From the human T2T-CHM13v2.0 reference genome, Homo sapiens: a stretch of DNA of 64,000 bases. The DNA lies in the NCBI RefSeq assembly GCF_009914755.1, contig NC_060947.1, one strand, 5' to 3'. Both the position numbers and the translations under genes were made by a program. Positions 46,427 through 56,004 of this stretch are shown piece by piece; within the stretch, counting starts at the first letter, position 1, and every line of letters begins with the position of its first letter. The notes under the pieces were generated by a model. That model saw only the letters and a list, made by a program, of their open reading frames with translations, made no database searches and had not been told where the DNA came from.

Positions 46427-48720
46427 CAGCACATGGATATAAAGATACATTTACAGTGCTAGTATAAAGAAGAATAATGTGATTTTTATTAATGAACAGA
46501 AGTACATTAATATGGTGTCTCTAGTATTCAATTCTATTTGGAAATTTTCCTCTAACACAGAAGCTTTTAGAAAATTCAGCATAAAGCAGCTTTCAAATAA
46601 ATTGGCATATTTAAATTTTTCACAGACTTCAAACTCTCCTCCATTATAACTGTCTATGCAAAACCCTCTCAGAAAGTTTTATATTGCTCATCAATTTTCG
46701 TGTCTGTGCATTCAAAGCACAGCTATCCACCTACTTGAAAATTTTATGCTGACAAAAAGAAAAGTCTGCTCTTTTTAATTTTGTCTTACTATCAGTGTGG
46801 TCCCATGTGGAAAGGCAGGCTGCTAAATGCTTTTCGAAGGCTGGTGAACAGGTTAGACTTGCTTACAAGGCTAATTAAAATTGATGCATGCCATCTATTA
46901 CATGTTACTACTGGATCTAAATAAAGTATCACTTTTCATCATTAATGCCATGTTCCTTCTCTACTCTGTATAGAAGTTTTTGCTTATTTTGTATGTTCCC
47001 TTTGGCTACAGACACATCACCCTTCTTAGTAAACTGTCTGAGTTTTTCAGCATGACTGTCTCATTATTTCTGTATTGGAATGGCCTCTTAGCTCTGTGTT
47101 TTGCAGTTGTTTATAACATCTACTAAAAGCGACATGAAAAGATGACACAGTCAGAAATACGGTAAAGACAGAAGTAACAGTATTAACTGACCTCATTTAG
47201 TTAATAATATGATGTGCTCAGTGCACTGCTTTTAGTCTGTAGCAAACAGCACATTGGATGTTTACACTAATACAGATATTGTAAAAAGAAGAGCAATGCT
47301 TCTGGATATATAACCGTACATACACTGCCCACGTGCTTATGTGAGAACTATGTTATTCCGAAGTTGCTTATCTGAATGGTAGGAAGATTTCAAAAAGGCT
47401 TTCTCAAGAATGAAATAAAAGGAACAGTAATGACCCTTACAACTCCGAAGATACGATTATAATTCTTCCGACTATTATTAAAGCAAACTCTGTACATCTT
47501 CATAATATAAGATTGCCAGTAGTTTTCTTTTTAAAAAGCCCAGCATAATCTCCTTAGAAAACCATTATGAAAGAAAGCCAAGAAGAGAGGACAGGAGAAG
47601 CACAAAAGATTCCCACGGGAAGGACAAGAAAAAGGTGGTTGTCAGTGCTGTGAGAACGAGTTGAAAGGCATGGGAAATATGGAAACAGACAAATTCCAAT
47701 GCAGATCCACTAGCTGGAGAGGTAATTTTGCGTCTAATTTTGCACCTCTCTCCTCGCCTCCCCGTCTGCTCTCCACCACCACGCTTTTCGACAGTAAGAA
47801 GGATTTGGGGTTTTGCAGACTCTAGCGGGCATGAAAAGGATAGGGGGTGGCAACGACTTGAATTAATGACGTTCTCCTACAGGATGGAGGGGAAAATGAC
47901 TTAGTGTCATCAAATGAACTCCCTACTCCTGGCATAAATTTATCAAACTGCAACTTTATCTCGAATACTCTGGAAGAGTAGAGGAGAGGCCCTAGAGAAA
48001 GCAAGTCTTGAGGGGAAACGCAATGCTCTTGGCAAAAACCGCACCTCCCTCTTGAACTACACTGACTCTTTTCACAGAGCGCCTTCCTTTAATAGAATCA
48101 CAACCACCTGGACTACTAATAAGAGGAAGAAGAAAGGAGAAAAGGGAAGGGAGGATGGCAAAAATCACGCTCTAGAAGATCCAGGCAACGTCGTCGTGAA
48201 GAATAAAGGGAATCAAAATGGGCACTGGAACGCTGCTAAGGGCTTGCTTTGTTAACACACTTGCACAACTCAAGTTCAGCTCTATCTTATGTTGAAAGTC
48301 CTTGTTTACGATCCTCGTAGGAGGTTCTTAAATATCTGCCTGCGAACTCCCAAAGACTGGGCGCTTACTAGTTAGGGGAGGCAGCTGTCCCGGAGGGTGT
48401 CCAGCTCGGATGGCTGACTGCTCTTTCACTTGTCGTTAACTTCCACCCAGTAGTCTTAGTCTCCCCTTGGACATGGTACCGACCGTGTGCCATTCTTATT
48501 TCACTTGACCGAGCCCGAGCTGCAGCCCAGGGTGGAAGCCGCAAGGGCTGGGCAGAGTTCCAGGCAAGAGGGACCGAGAGGCGTGAGCAGTGCTCCGCAG
48601 CGCTTGTCAGAGAAATGGAGCAGCGGCTCCTTTGTGGGCTCTTACATCCCCGTCCTGGGTGCACAGCCCGGATATTTGATCTGTGGGGTGATTGATAAGT
48701 GAGGGAGAGGGGGGACGCGA

Positions 48721-48868
48721 TCCCTCCCTCCCTCCTCCCTCCCTCCTCCCTCCTCCCTCCCTCCTCCCTCCTCCCTCCCTCCTCCCTCCTCCCTCCTCCC
48801 TCCCTTCTTCCCCTCTCCTCCCTCCCGCTTTACTTCCCTCCTCCCTCTCGCCTCCCTCCCTCCTTCCT
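48721..48868. repeat. CT-rich repeat with ~4 copies of the 18-nt unit CCCTCCTCCCTCCCTCCT
   Basis: Direct reading. It translates as repeated PPPSLL. Confidence 0.9.
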
Positions 48869-48869
48869 G

Positions 48870-49780
48870 CAAGAAGCGTTGCCCGTTGGCTAGCTGCTCG
48901 GTGGGGATCTGCCTGCCCTGGGGGCGCCGCCCGCGCTCCCCGCGGTGCTCTCGCTCCTGGGCTGCGCCAGTCCGAGGCGGTGCCGGCTCCTTTGCCTCCC
49001 CGAGTCGCAGATGCTGCGGGCGCCTCCGGGAAAAGATCTGGGCGGCGCGCTCGCTCGGTAAGTTCTGAGCACTCAGGGACGCGGTGGCGACGCGGCCAGT
49101 GAGCCGGCTTTCCTCAGTCCGTTGCCTTTCCCGGCCACCTCTCCTTGCGAGGGGCACCAGCGTGGGGAGGCTGGGCGCCATCCGCGGAGGGCAGCTCGCT
49201 GGCGGCCGCCCTCTACCCTCAATCCCCACTGGAGATTCCTCACCCCGGGACCGTCCGCGCGGGCGTGGTCGGGCTCCGCGCCTCGCGCAGCGGGGTGGCA
49301 CAGGCGGCCAGGGAGGGCCCACGCACCCGGCGCGAGCTAGAAGCCTCCGGTCGGCCTGCAGTGCCCAAGTCCCATGGCGAGGGCAGCCCGAGTGGCCGTC
49401 GCGGCTGTAGGTCCGCATGCCGGGCACCGCACCAGGCGTCTAGCAGGTAGGGGCAGGGAAGGTAGGGCTGCGCTGGCGGCCGGTGCCCAGTTACCGGCGA
49501 TCGGGGACGCTCGGAGACACCTGGTCTCCCGGAAGCGCCCTTCGGAAATGGGATTCGACCCGGCTTGCGGGCGGCGGGTGTTTAGAAGAAGAGGCTGCGG
49601 GCAAGCAGTGCCCCCTCTCTGGTTCCCCGGACTCCTCTTAGCCCCCTCGTGGCCTGATGGGCGGCCGGGACGGAGGTGGGCTGTAAGCCCGCCGGCACCC
49701 ACCGTGTCCTGTGGAAGGCTTGGAGACCTGAGCCAGGCTCTACTCGGTTAGATGCGAGTGAGACAGGCGACGGAGTTCGT
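48870..49780 (+). promoter_or_regulatory. SLITRK2: CpG island / distal SLITRK2 promoter with inferred non-coding exon 1 (~48870-49057)
   Basis: Very GC- and CpG-rich in a CpG-poor window. Consensus donor CG|GTAAGT with GT at 49058-49059. TSS position inferred. Confidence 0.8.
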
Positions 49781-51504
49781 CTTTAAGCCTCCCTTGCCTC
49801 AGCAAGGAGAGGGAGCGTTTTCCTTATTTTAATGACCGCCTTTCCCTCCCTTGGGGTCCCAGTTCACCCTGAACCTTTCCACAGCCTTAAAAGCCCGCTC
49901 TCCCTAGCGGAGTGCTGCGGCAGTTCTTCAGAAGACACGGGGCCAAATGAAACTTACTTAAAGTGGTTATCGCGTTTCAGGCTGATTTGTTCCTAGTAAC
50001 TACGTTTTGGAAAGCAGCTGTGGACTCTCAAGGACAGGCAGGAACGAAGACCTCCTTAGGGTCCGAGTGTCGCTTCCCACAGTTAGATTACCCATGAATT
50101 TCCTTGATTCTGTAGGTCTCAAGAATCTCATGAGCCCCCAACCACCTCCACCTTTCTCTCTGAATCTCTCTCCTGTCTCTGAAATTCTTCGCAAAAATAA
50201 TCTGTCCTCAAGGAATATTGAAAGCGTCATCAATGTCTTGAAGGAAATTACTGTATCTGAGAACCGAAACTAGTATTTGATGTTTCACTTTCAAATACAT
50301 TTTTTTTTAATAAAAAGGATACCTTTAAGTAAAACACTACCACTGCTATTTACGTTTAAGTAGATTTTTAATTCATATTAAGCAGTAGTGTGCTTTTTGG
50401 AAAGATGATGGACTGGGACTCATAATCCCTGGGTTTTGTTTCTATTTGTAGTTTCTTGAGTAAGTCAGCACTTTCCCTGGTTAAGAAATGACCTCATCTG
50501 TAAAATGAACCTGACTTCTAAGGTCTTGTTCGGCTCTCACGTCTTTACTTCAGTTAAATATTGACATAATACATGTTTGTTGAATGAATGACTGAATGAA
50601 TAAATCTTATTGCTCTAGGAACTATGTGCTTTTAACCTTTGGAAATACATAGAAACAAATGCCTCCTTTGCTAGGAAAGGGAGCTTAATTGTGCTCCCAC
50701 TGCATCAGACTGCTTCCATCTAATGATGCAATTGCAATACAGGGTGGGAGGCCATCCACAGGGCTGTCCCTCTGCCTCAGAGCTCATCTCAAGTTTGCCC
50801 TTCTCTATGGAGAAGGAAAATTTGAGTCTCCAGAAGGAAAGTATTTTGCTAAACGCCAAGCAAGAATTAGAGGGTAAGGGGGCTTCTGATGCCTGGTCCA
50901 AGGCTCTTAGAAGAAGAAGAAGGAGAAAGGGAGAAAGCTCAAGAAAATAATGCACAGATCACCAGCTACAGGTGGCCCTAGTGCCTAAGTTTATAAACTA
51001 CCCCCGCCCTTCCCGGAGAGAAAGGAGCTTGTATAAAGGGAACAATCCTAGAACCTAGGCTTAACAAGGAAGGAGAAGGGGAGAAGCAAGGGTCATTCTG
51101 TTCTCAAGTGGTTTGTTGTATCTGTGTGTTTATCTATTCCACATTTGGCCAGGCAGTGGGACTCCGGGAAAGCAAGCTGAAGTGTTTTGTGGGACAGGCA
51201 CATCATTTGGTCAACTCCTTTTCCCTGGTTGATTCCCTCCTTTTCCTGACCCATCTCCCCCTTCCTACCAGAGGCAACCAAGGCCTTTCCAGGCAACAGC
51301 AGACATTATTTACCCCTTGCGAATTGATTCCACAATGGAAGACTCTTGGGTCCAAGGAGCTGTAAGATAATTAAGGAGAAAACAGATAATGAAGGCAAAA
51401 ATCCAACACCTGGCCATTAGCAATGCTCTGGAAAGGCTATTTAAACCCGCATTGGATATCAGAGCTGGGAGGGCCCATACAGTCTACCTACCTGCCTTTT
51501 GCAG

Positions 51505-51567
51505 ATGGACACAGGAAGATCCAGAAGCTAGTGGCACATCTAGCAACAGAGCCAGATCAGAACCCAG
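51505..51567 (+). other. SLITRK2: Candidate 63-nt 5' UTR cassette exon (MIR-like sequence)
   Basis: CCTGCCTTTTGCAG| acceptor and CAG|GTAAGC donor. Confidence 0.6.
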
Positions 51568-52096
51568 GTAAGCTCGGTCTCAGGCCAGGATTCCTTTTCC
51601 ATCTCCTCTCTTTCTCAGGAGCCAGTCTTCCTGCACCAGCTTCCTCTTTTCTCCTAGCTCCCCTGCCCCTGCAGCCTGGAGGGCTCAACCACCCTTCCTT
51701 TGGCTCCCACTCCCAGCTGAGGCTCAGCCTGGCAGTGCTTTTCTGACACCCACTTCTTTTCTCCTTCCTCCAGGCAAGAAGTGCACGTTTAAACCTCATT
51801 ATCTGGCTAAGTATAAACCTCAGGGAGAAAAGGGGTTTGTTTTTGTTTTTCTCAGTCTATAAGCTAACATTGAGCTGACTTTCAGAGTCCAGGCAAATAT
51901 GTTTGGTGGGTCACCACCCAGAAAGGAATTCTCTTAGCACTGAATCAGGGCTCTGTATGTAAAGTATAAATCCCCTAAGAGAACTCCTCACCCTCCTACA
52001 CAGACACATTGGTGCATGCACACACACCCCACTCTCTGCACAGAGAGCATCTGAGCTAGGAGCTGGCAAGTGGGGCACCAGTCCTGTAGCAAAGAG

Positions 52097-52101
52097 GCAC
52101 A

Positions 52102-52136
<35 letters not shown>

Positions 52137-52154
52137 CTCTCTCTCTCTCTCTCA

Positions 52155-52196
<42 letters not shown>
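52097..52196. repeat. Compound microsatellite (CA)n(CT)n(CA)n
   Basis: Direct reading. Confidence 0.95.
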
Positions 52197-52198
<2 letters not shown>

Positions 52199-52399
52199 TC
52201 TCCCTTGCTTGGGAATCTGGGAGAAGAACCCCCCACCCCCACCCCTGCCCTCCATAGGCATTGTGTAGGTGAGAGAAAGAGGGAGGAGTGAGAGAGAACA
52301 CACAGAGGGGCCCAAGGAGGTGCCAGGCCATTAGCAGGGCCCCTCCTTGAGAAACCCCTCTGCAGGAGCTTCTCCTGCCGCCAGCCAGGTTGGAGGTGG

Positions 52400-52800
52400 A
52401 GTAGTTCAGAATCAACTGACGCAGCCGGGAATTGAGCTTTGCAAAGCCACTTGCAAGGAAGGGAAGCATCTGCCCAACCCTCCCCCACCGCGCGCCCTGG
52501 ATCCTCTGCCTGCCCCCTCCCCCGTGACGTCACCCTAGTCCTGTCCCGGGGAGCCTGCAAAGCCTCTCAGATTCAAACTGCTAGACGCACTGCTGCCACC
52601 GCCACCGAATTGGAAACGCGCGCCCAGGCTCCGTCGTCGCCTTCGCCCGCCGACCGGGCCAGCCGGCTCTCCGACCTCCCTACAGAATCGCACCCCAGTC
52701 CCTCCCTGGCAGCTCGGCTTCCCTCAGCTCCAACTCTTCTCTTCCGCTCCTGCCTCCTGTCGGATTTTTAATTTCTGCGCACCCCCAGTCAAATTAAATC
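52400..52800 (+). promoter_or_regulatory. SLITRK2: Second GC/CpG-rich promoter region with a full CRE (TGACGTCA, 52525-52532)
   Basis: Palindrome GTGACGTCAC at 52524-52533, half-CRE TGACG at 52417, and a CpG cluster at ~52480-52720. Confidence 0.65.
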
Positions 52801-52871
52801 AACCAACAAAAAGCAGGGCATCCCCCCTGGAAGCAGCGTCTTATTTTACCTTGTTCTCCCACTTCCTGAAG

Positions 52872-52925
52872 ATGCTAAACTCCTGGTGGACTGCAGAGGA
52901 GAGGGATTCAGTCTTCTCCTGATGT
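52872..52925 (+). other. SLITRK2: Candidate 54-nt 5' UTR micro-exon (or 3' end of a proximal first exon)
   Basis: Polypyrimidine tract + AAG| at 52869-52871. Donor |GTGAGT at 52926. Confidence 0.6.
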
Positions 52926-53045
52926 GTGAGTAACCCCCACCTCGCACTGTCTTTCCCATCTCTATCTCTCCTCTACACCTGCCGCCAGCCCCCTGATTCC
53001 TGATTTTCCCACCCCCTTTTTGCGCTTTTTTTTTTTTTCCTAAAG

Positions 53046-53194
53046 CGATTGCGATTTCTGCTGGGAGCTCAAGACGGGCGAGCTGCCCGAGATCTCTTCG
53101 AGATACCCCAGGGGAGGAGGAGATGGGCAGGATTTAGTAGGACAACTCGGTTACTAATGACTTGGCGGCTGGCTGCGACCCCCCGGGAAATCAG
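53046..53194 (+). other. SLITRK2: Candidate 149-nt 5' UTR exon
   Basis: Long poly-T tract + CCTAAAG| acceptor and CAG|GTGCAA donor. Downstream acceptors for the coding exon at AAG|53424 and TAG|53436. Confidence 0.6.
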
Positions 53195-53466
53195 GTGCAA
53201 GCATGTGTGTTCCCGGGGCGCGTGTGTGGGTGGCCTCGGGATGGGGGAATAGGGAGCGGAGAAAAGAAACCGCTTTGGAAAATGCAATGATTTCATTCTG
53301 CCGTGTTGCTAACCCCCTCATTCTCCCTCGCTCCCACTCCGCCTCCTTGCTTTACCATTTTTAATCGGGCTTCCTTGTTTCTTTCTTCCCTGCACCCGCT
53401 TCTTCCCCCTGCCCCCACCTAAGGTTTGCCTGTAGGTACCTGAGTTGACACCGAAGGTGCCTAAAG

Positions 53467-56004
53467 ATGCTGAGCGGCGTTTGGTTCCTCAGTGTGTTAA
53501 CCGTGGCCGGGATCTTACAGACAGAGAGTCGCAAAACTGCCAAAGACATTTGCAAGATCCGCTGTCTGTGCGAAGAAAAGGAAAACGTACTGAATATCAA
53601 CTGTGAGAACAAAGGATTTACAACAGTTAGCCTGCTCCAGCCCCCCCAGTATCGAATCTATCAGCTTTTTCTCAATGGAAACCTCTTGACAAGACTGTAT
53701 CCAAACGAATTTGTCAATTACTCCAACGCGGTGACTCTTCACCTAGGTAACAACGGGTTACAGGAGATCCGAACGGGGGCATTCAGTGGCCTGAAAACTC
53801 TCAAAAGACTGCATCTCAACAACAACAAGCTTGAGATATTGAGGGAGGACACCTTCCTAGGCCTGGAGAGCCTGGAGTATCTCCAGGCCGACTACAATTA
53901 CATCAGTGCCATCGAGGCTGGGGCATTCAGCAAACTTAACAAGCTCAAAGTGCTCATCCTGAATGACAACCTTCTGCTTTCACTGCCCAGCAATGTGTTC
54001 CGCTTTGTCCTGCTGACCCACTTAGACCTCAGGGGGAATAGGCTAAAAGTAATGCCTTTTGCTGGCGTCCTTGAACATATTGGAGGGATCATGGAGATTC
54101 AGCTGGAGGAAAATCCATGGAATTGCACTTGTGACTTACTTCCTCTCAAGGCCTGGCTAGACACCATAACTGTTTTTGTGGGAGAGATTGTCTGTGAGAC
54201 TCCCTTTAGGTTGCATGGGAAAGACGTGACCCAGCTGACCAGGCAAGACCTCTGTCCCAGAAAAAGTGCCAGTGATTCCAGTCAGAGGGGCAGCCATGCT
54301 GACACCCACGTCCAAAGGCTGTCACCTACAATGAATCCTGCTCTCAACCCAACCAGGGCTCCGAAAGCCAGCCGGCCGCCCAAAATGAGAAATCGTCCAA
54401 CTCCCCGAGTGACTGTGTCAAAGGACAGGCAAAGTTTTGGACCCATCATGGTGTACCAGACCAAGTCTCCTGTGCCTCTCACCTGTCCCAGCAGCTGTGT
54501 CTGCACCTCTCAGAGCTCAGACAATGGTCTGAATGTAAACTGCCAAGAAAGGAAGTTCACTAATATCTCTGACCTGCAGCCCAAACCGACCAGTCCAAAG
54601 AAACTCTACCTAACAGGGAACTATCTTCAAACTGTCTATAAGAATGACCTCTTAGAATACAGTTCTTTGGACTTACTGCACTTAGGAAACAACAGGATTG
54701 CAGTCATTCAGGAAGGTGCCTTTACAAACCTGACCAGTTTACGCAGACTTTATCTGAATGGCAATTACCTTGAAGTGCTGTACCCTTCTATGTTTGATGG
54801 ACTGCAGAGCTTGCAATATCTCTATTTAGAGTATAATGTCATTAAGGAAATTAAGCCTCTGACCTTTGATGCTTTGATTAACCTACAGCTACTGTTTCTG
54901 AACAACAACCTTCTTCGGTCCTTACCTGATAATATATTTGGGGGGACGGCCCTAACCAGGCTGAATCTGAGAAACAACCATTTTTCTCACCTGCCCGTGA
55001 AAGGGGTTCTGGATCAGCTCCCGGCTTTCATCCAGATAGATCTGCAGGAGAACCCCTGGGACTGTACCTGTGACATCATGGGGCTGAAAGACTGGACAGA
55101 ACATGCCAATTCCCCTGTCATCATTAATGAGGTGACTTGCGAATCTCCTGCTAAGCATGCAGGGGAGATACTAAAATTTCTGGGGAGGGAGGCTATCTGT
55201 CCAGACAGCCCAAACTTGTCAGATGGAACCGTCTTGTCAATGAATCACAATACAGACACACCTCGGTCGCTTAGTGTGTCTCCTAGTTCCTATCCTGAAC
55301 TACACACTGAAGTTCCACTGTCTGTCTTAATTCTGGGATTGCTTGTTGTTTTCATCTTATCTGTCTGTTTTGGGGCTGGTTTATTCGTCTTTGTCTTGAA
55401 ACGCCGAAAGGGAGTGCCGAGCGTTCCCAGGAATACCAACAACTTAGACGTAAGCTCCTTTCAATTACAGTATGGGTCTTACAACACTGAGACTCACGAT
55501 AAAACAGACGGCCATGTCTACAACTATATCCCCCCACCTGTGGGTCAGATGTGCCAAAACCCCATCTACATGCAGAAGGAAGGAGACCCAGTAGCCTATT
55601 ACCGAAACCTGCAAGAGTTCAGCTATAGCAACCTGGAGGAGAAAAAAGAAGAGCCAGCCACACCTGCTTACACAATAAGTGCCACTGAGCTGCTAGAAAA
55701 GCAGGCCACACCAAGAGAGCCTGAGCTGCTGTATCAAAATATTGCTGAGCGAGTCAAGGAACTTCCCAGCGCAGGCCTAGTCCACTATAACTTTTGTACC
55801 TTACCTAAAAGGCAGTTTGCCCCTTCCTATGAATCTCGACGCCAAAACCAAGACAGAATCAATAAAACCGTTTTATATGGAACTCCCAGGAAATGCTTTG
55901 TGGGGCAGTCAAAACCCAACCACCCTTTACTGCAAGCTAAGCCGCAATCAGAACCGGACTACCTCGAAGTTCTGGAAAAACAAACTGCAATCAGTCAGCT
56001 GTGA
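53467..56004 (+). CDS. SLITRK2: SLIT and NTRK-like protein 2 (845 aa), single coding exon
   Basis: Signal peptide; two LRR clusters, each with Cys-rich LRRNT and NPWxCxC LRRCT caps; TM segment ~aa 619-644 followed by KRRK; cytoplasmic NPIY (698-701) and PDYL (Y832) Trk-like motifs; C-terminal -SQL PDZ ligand. Kozak AAGATGC. Sequence recognised as human SLITRK2. Confidence 0.98.
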   Translation: MLSGVWFLSVLTVAGILQTESRKTAKDICKIRCLCEEKENVLNINCENKGFTTVSLLQPPQYRIYQLFLNGNLLTRLYPNEFVNYSNAVTLHLGNNGLQEIRTGAFSGLKTLKRLHLNNNKLEILREDTFLGLESLEYLQADYNYISAIEAGAFSKLNKLKVLILNDNLLLSLPSNVFRFVLLTHLDLRGNRLKVMPFAGVLEHIGGIMEIQLEENPWNCTCDLLPLKAWLDTITVFVGEIVCETPFRLHGKDVTQLTRQDLCPRKSASDSSQRGSHADTHVQRLSPTMNPALNPTRAPKASRPPKMRNRPTPRVTVSKDRQSFGPIMVYQTKSPVPLTCPSSCVCTSQSSDNGLNVNCQERKFTNISDLQPKPTSPKKLYLTGNYLQTVYKNDLLEYSSLDLLHLGNNRIAVIQEGAFTNLTSLRRLYLNGNYLEVLYPSMFDGLQSLQYLYLEYNVIKEIKPLTFDALINLQLLFLNNNLLRSLPDNIFGGTALTRLNLRNNHFSHLPVKGVLDQLPAFIQIDLQENPWDCTCDIMGLKDWTEHANSPVIINEVTCESPAKHAGEILKFLGREAICPDSPNLSDGTVLSMNHNTDTPRSLSVSPSSYPELHTEVPLSVLILGLLVVFILSVCFGAGLFVFVLKRRKGVPSVPRNTNNLDVSSFQLQYGSYNTETHDKTDGHVYNYIPPPVGQMCQNPIYMQKEGDPVAYYRNLQEFSYSNLEEKKEEPATPAYTISATELLEKQATPREPELLYQNIAERVKELPSAGLVHYNFCTLPKRQFAPSYESRRQNQDRINKTVLYGTPRKCFVGQSKPNHPLLQAKPQSEPDYLEVLEKQTAISQL

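Noticed and set aside
48380-49085. Possible REST/RE1 sites (GGCAGCTGTCC at ~48380; TGAGCACTCAGGGACG at ~49066)
   Set aside because: These are only a half-site or a poor match to TTCAGCACCnnGGACAG, which is insufficient to call.
48642-49751. 261-aa minus-strand ORF and overlapping ORFs in the CpG island
   Set aside because: Stop-codon scarcity in GC-rich and simple-repeat DNA explains them. They are R/G/P/E low-complexity with no domain.
51619-51773. Possible additional exon between TTTCTCAG| and CAG|GCAAG
   Set aside because: It would need a 51-nt intron from the preceding donor or a GC donor. It cannot be supported without transcript data.
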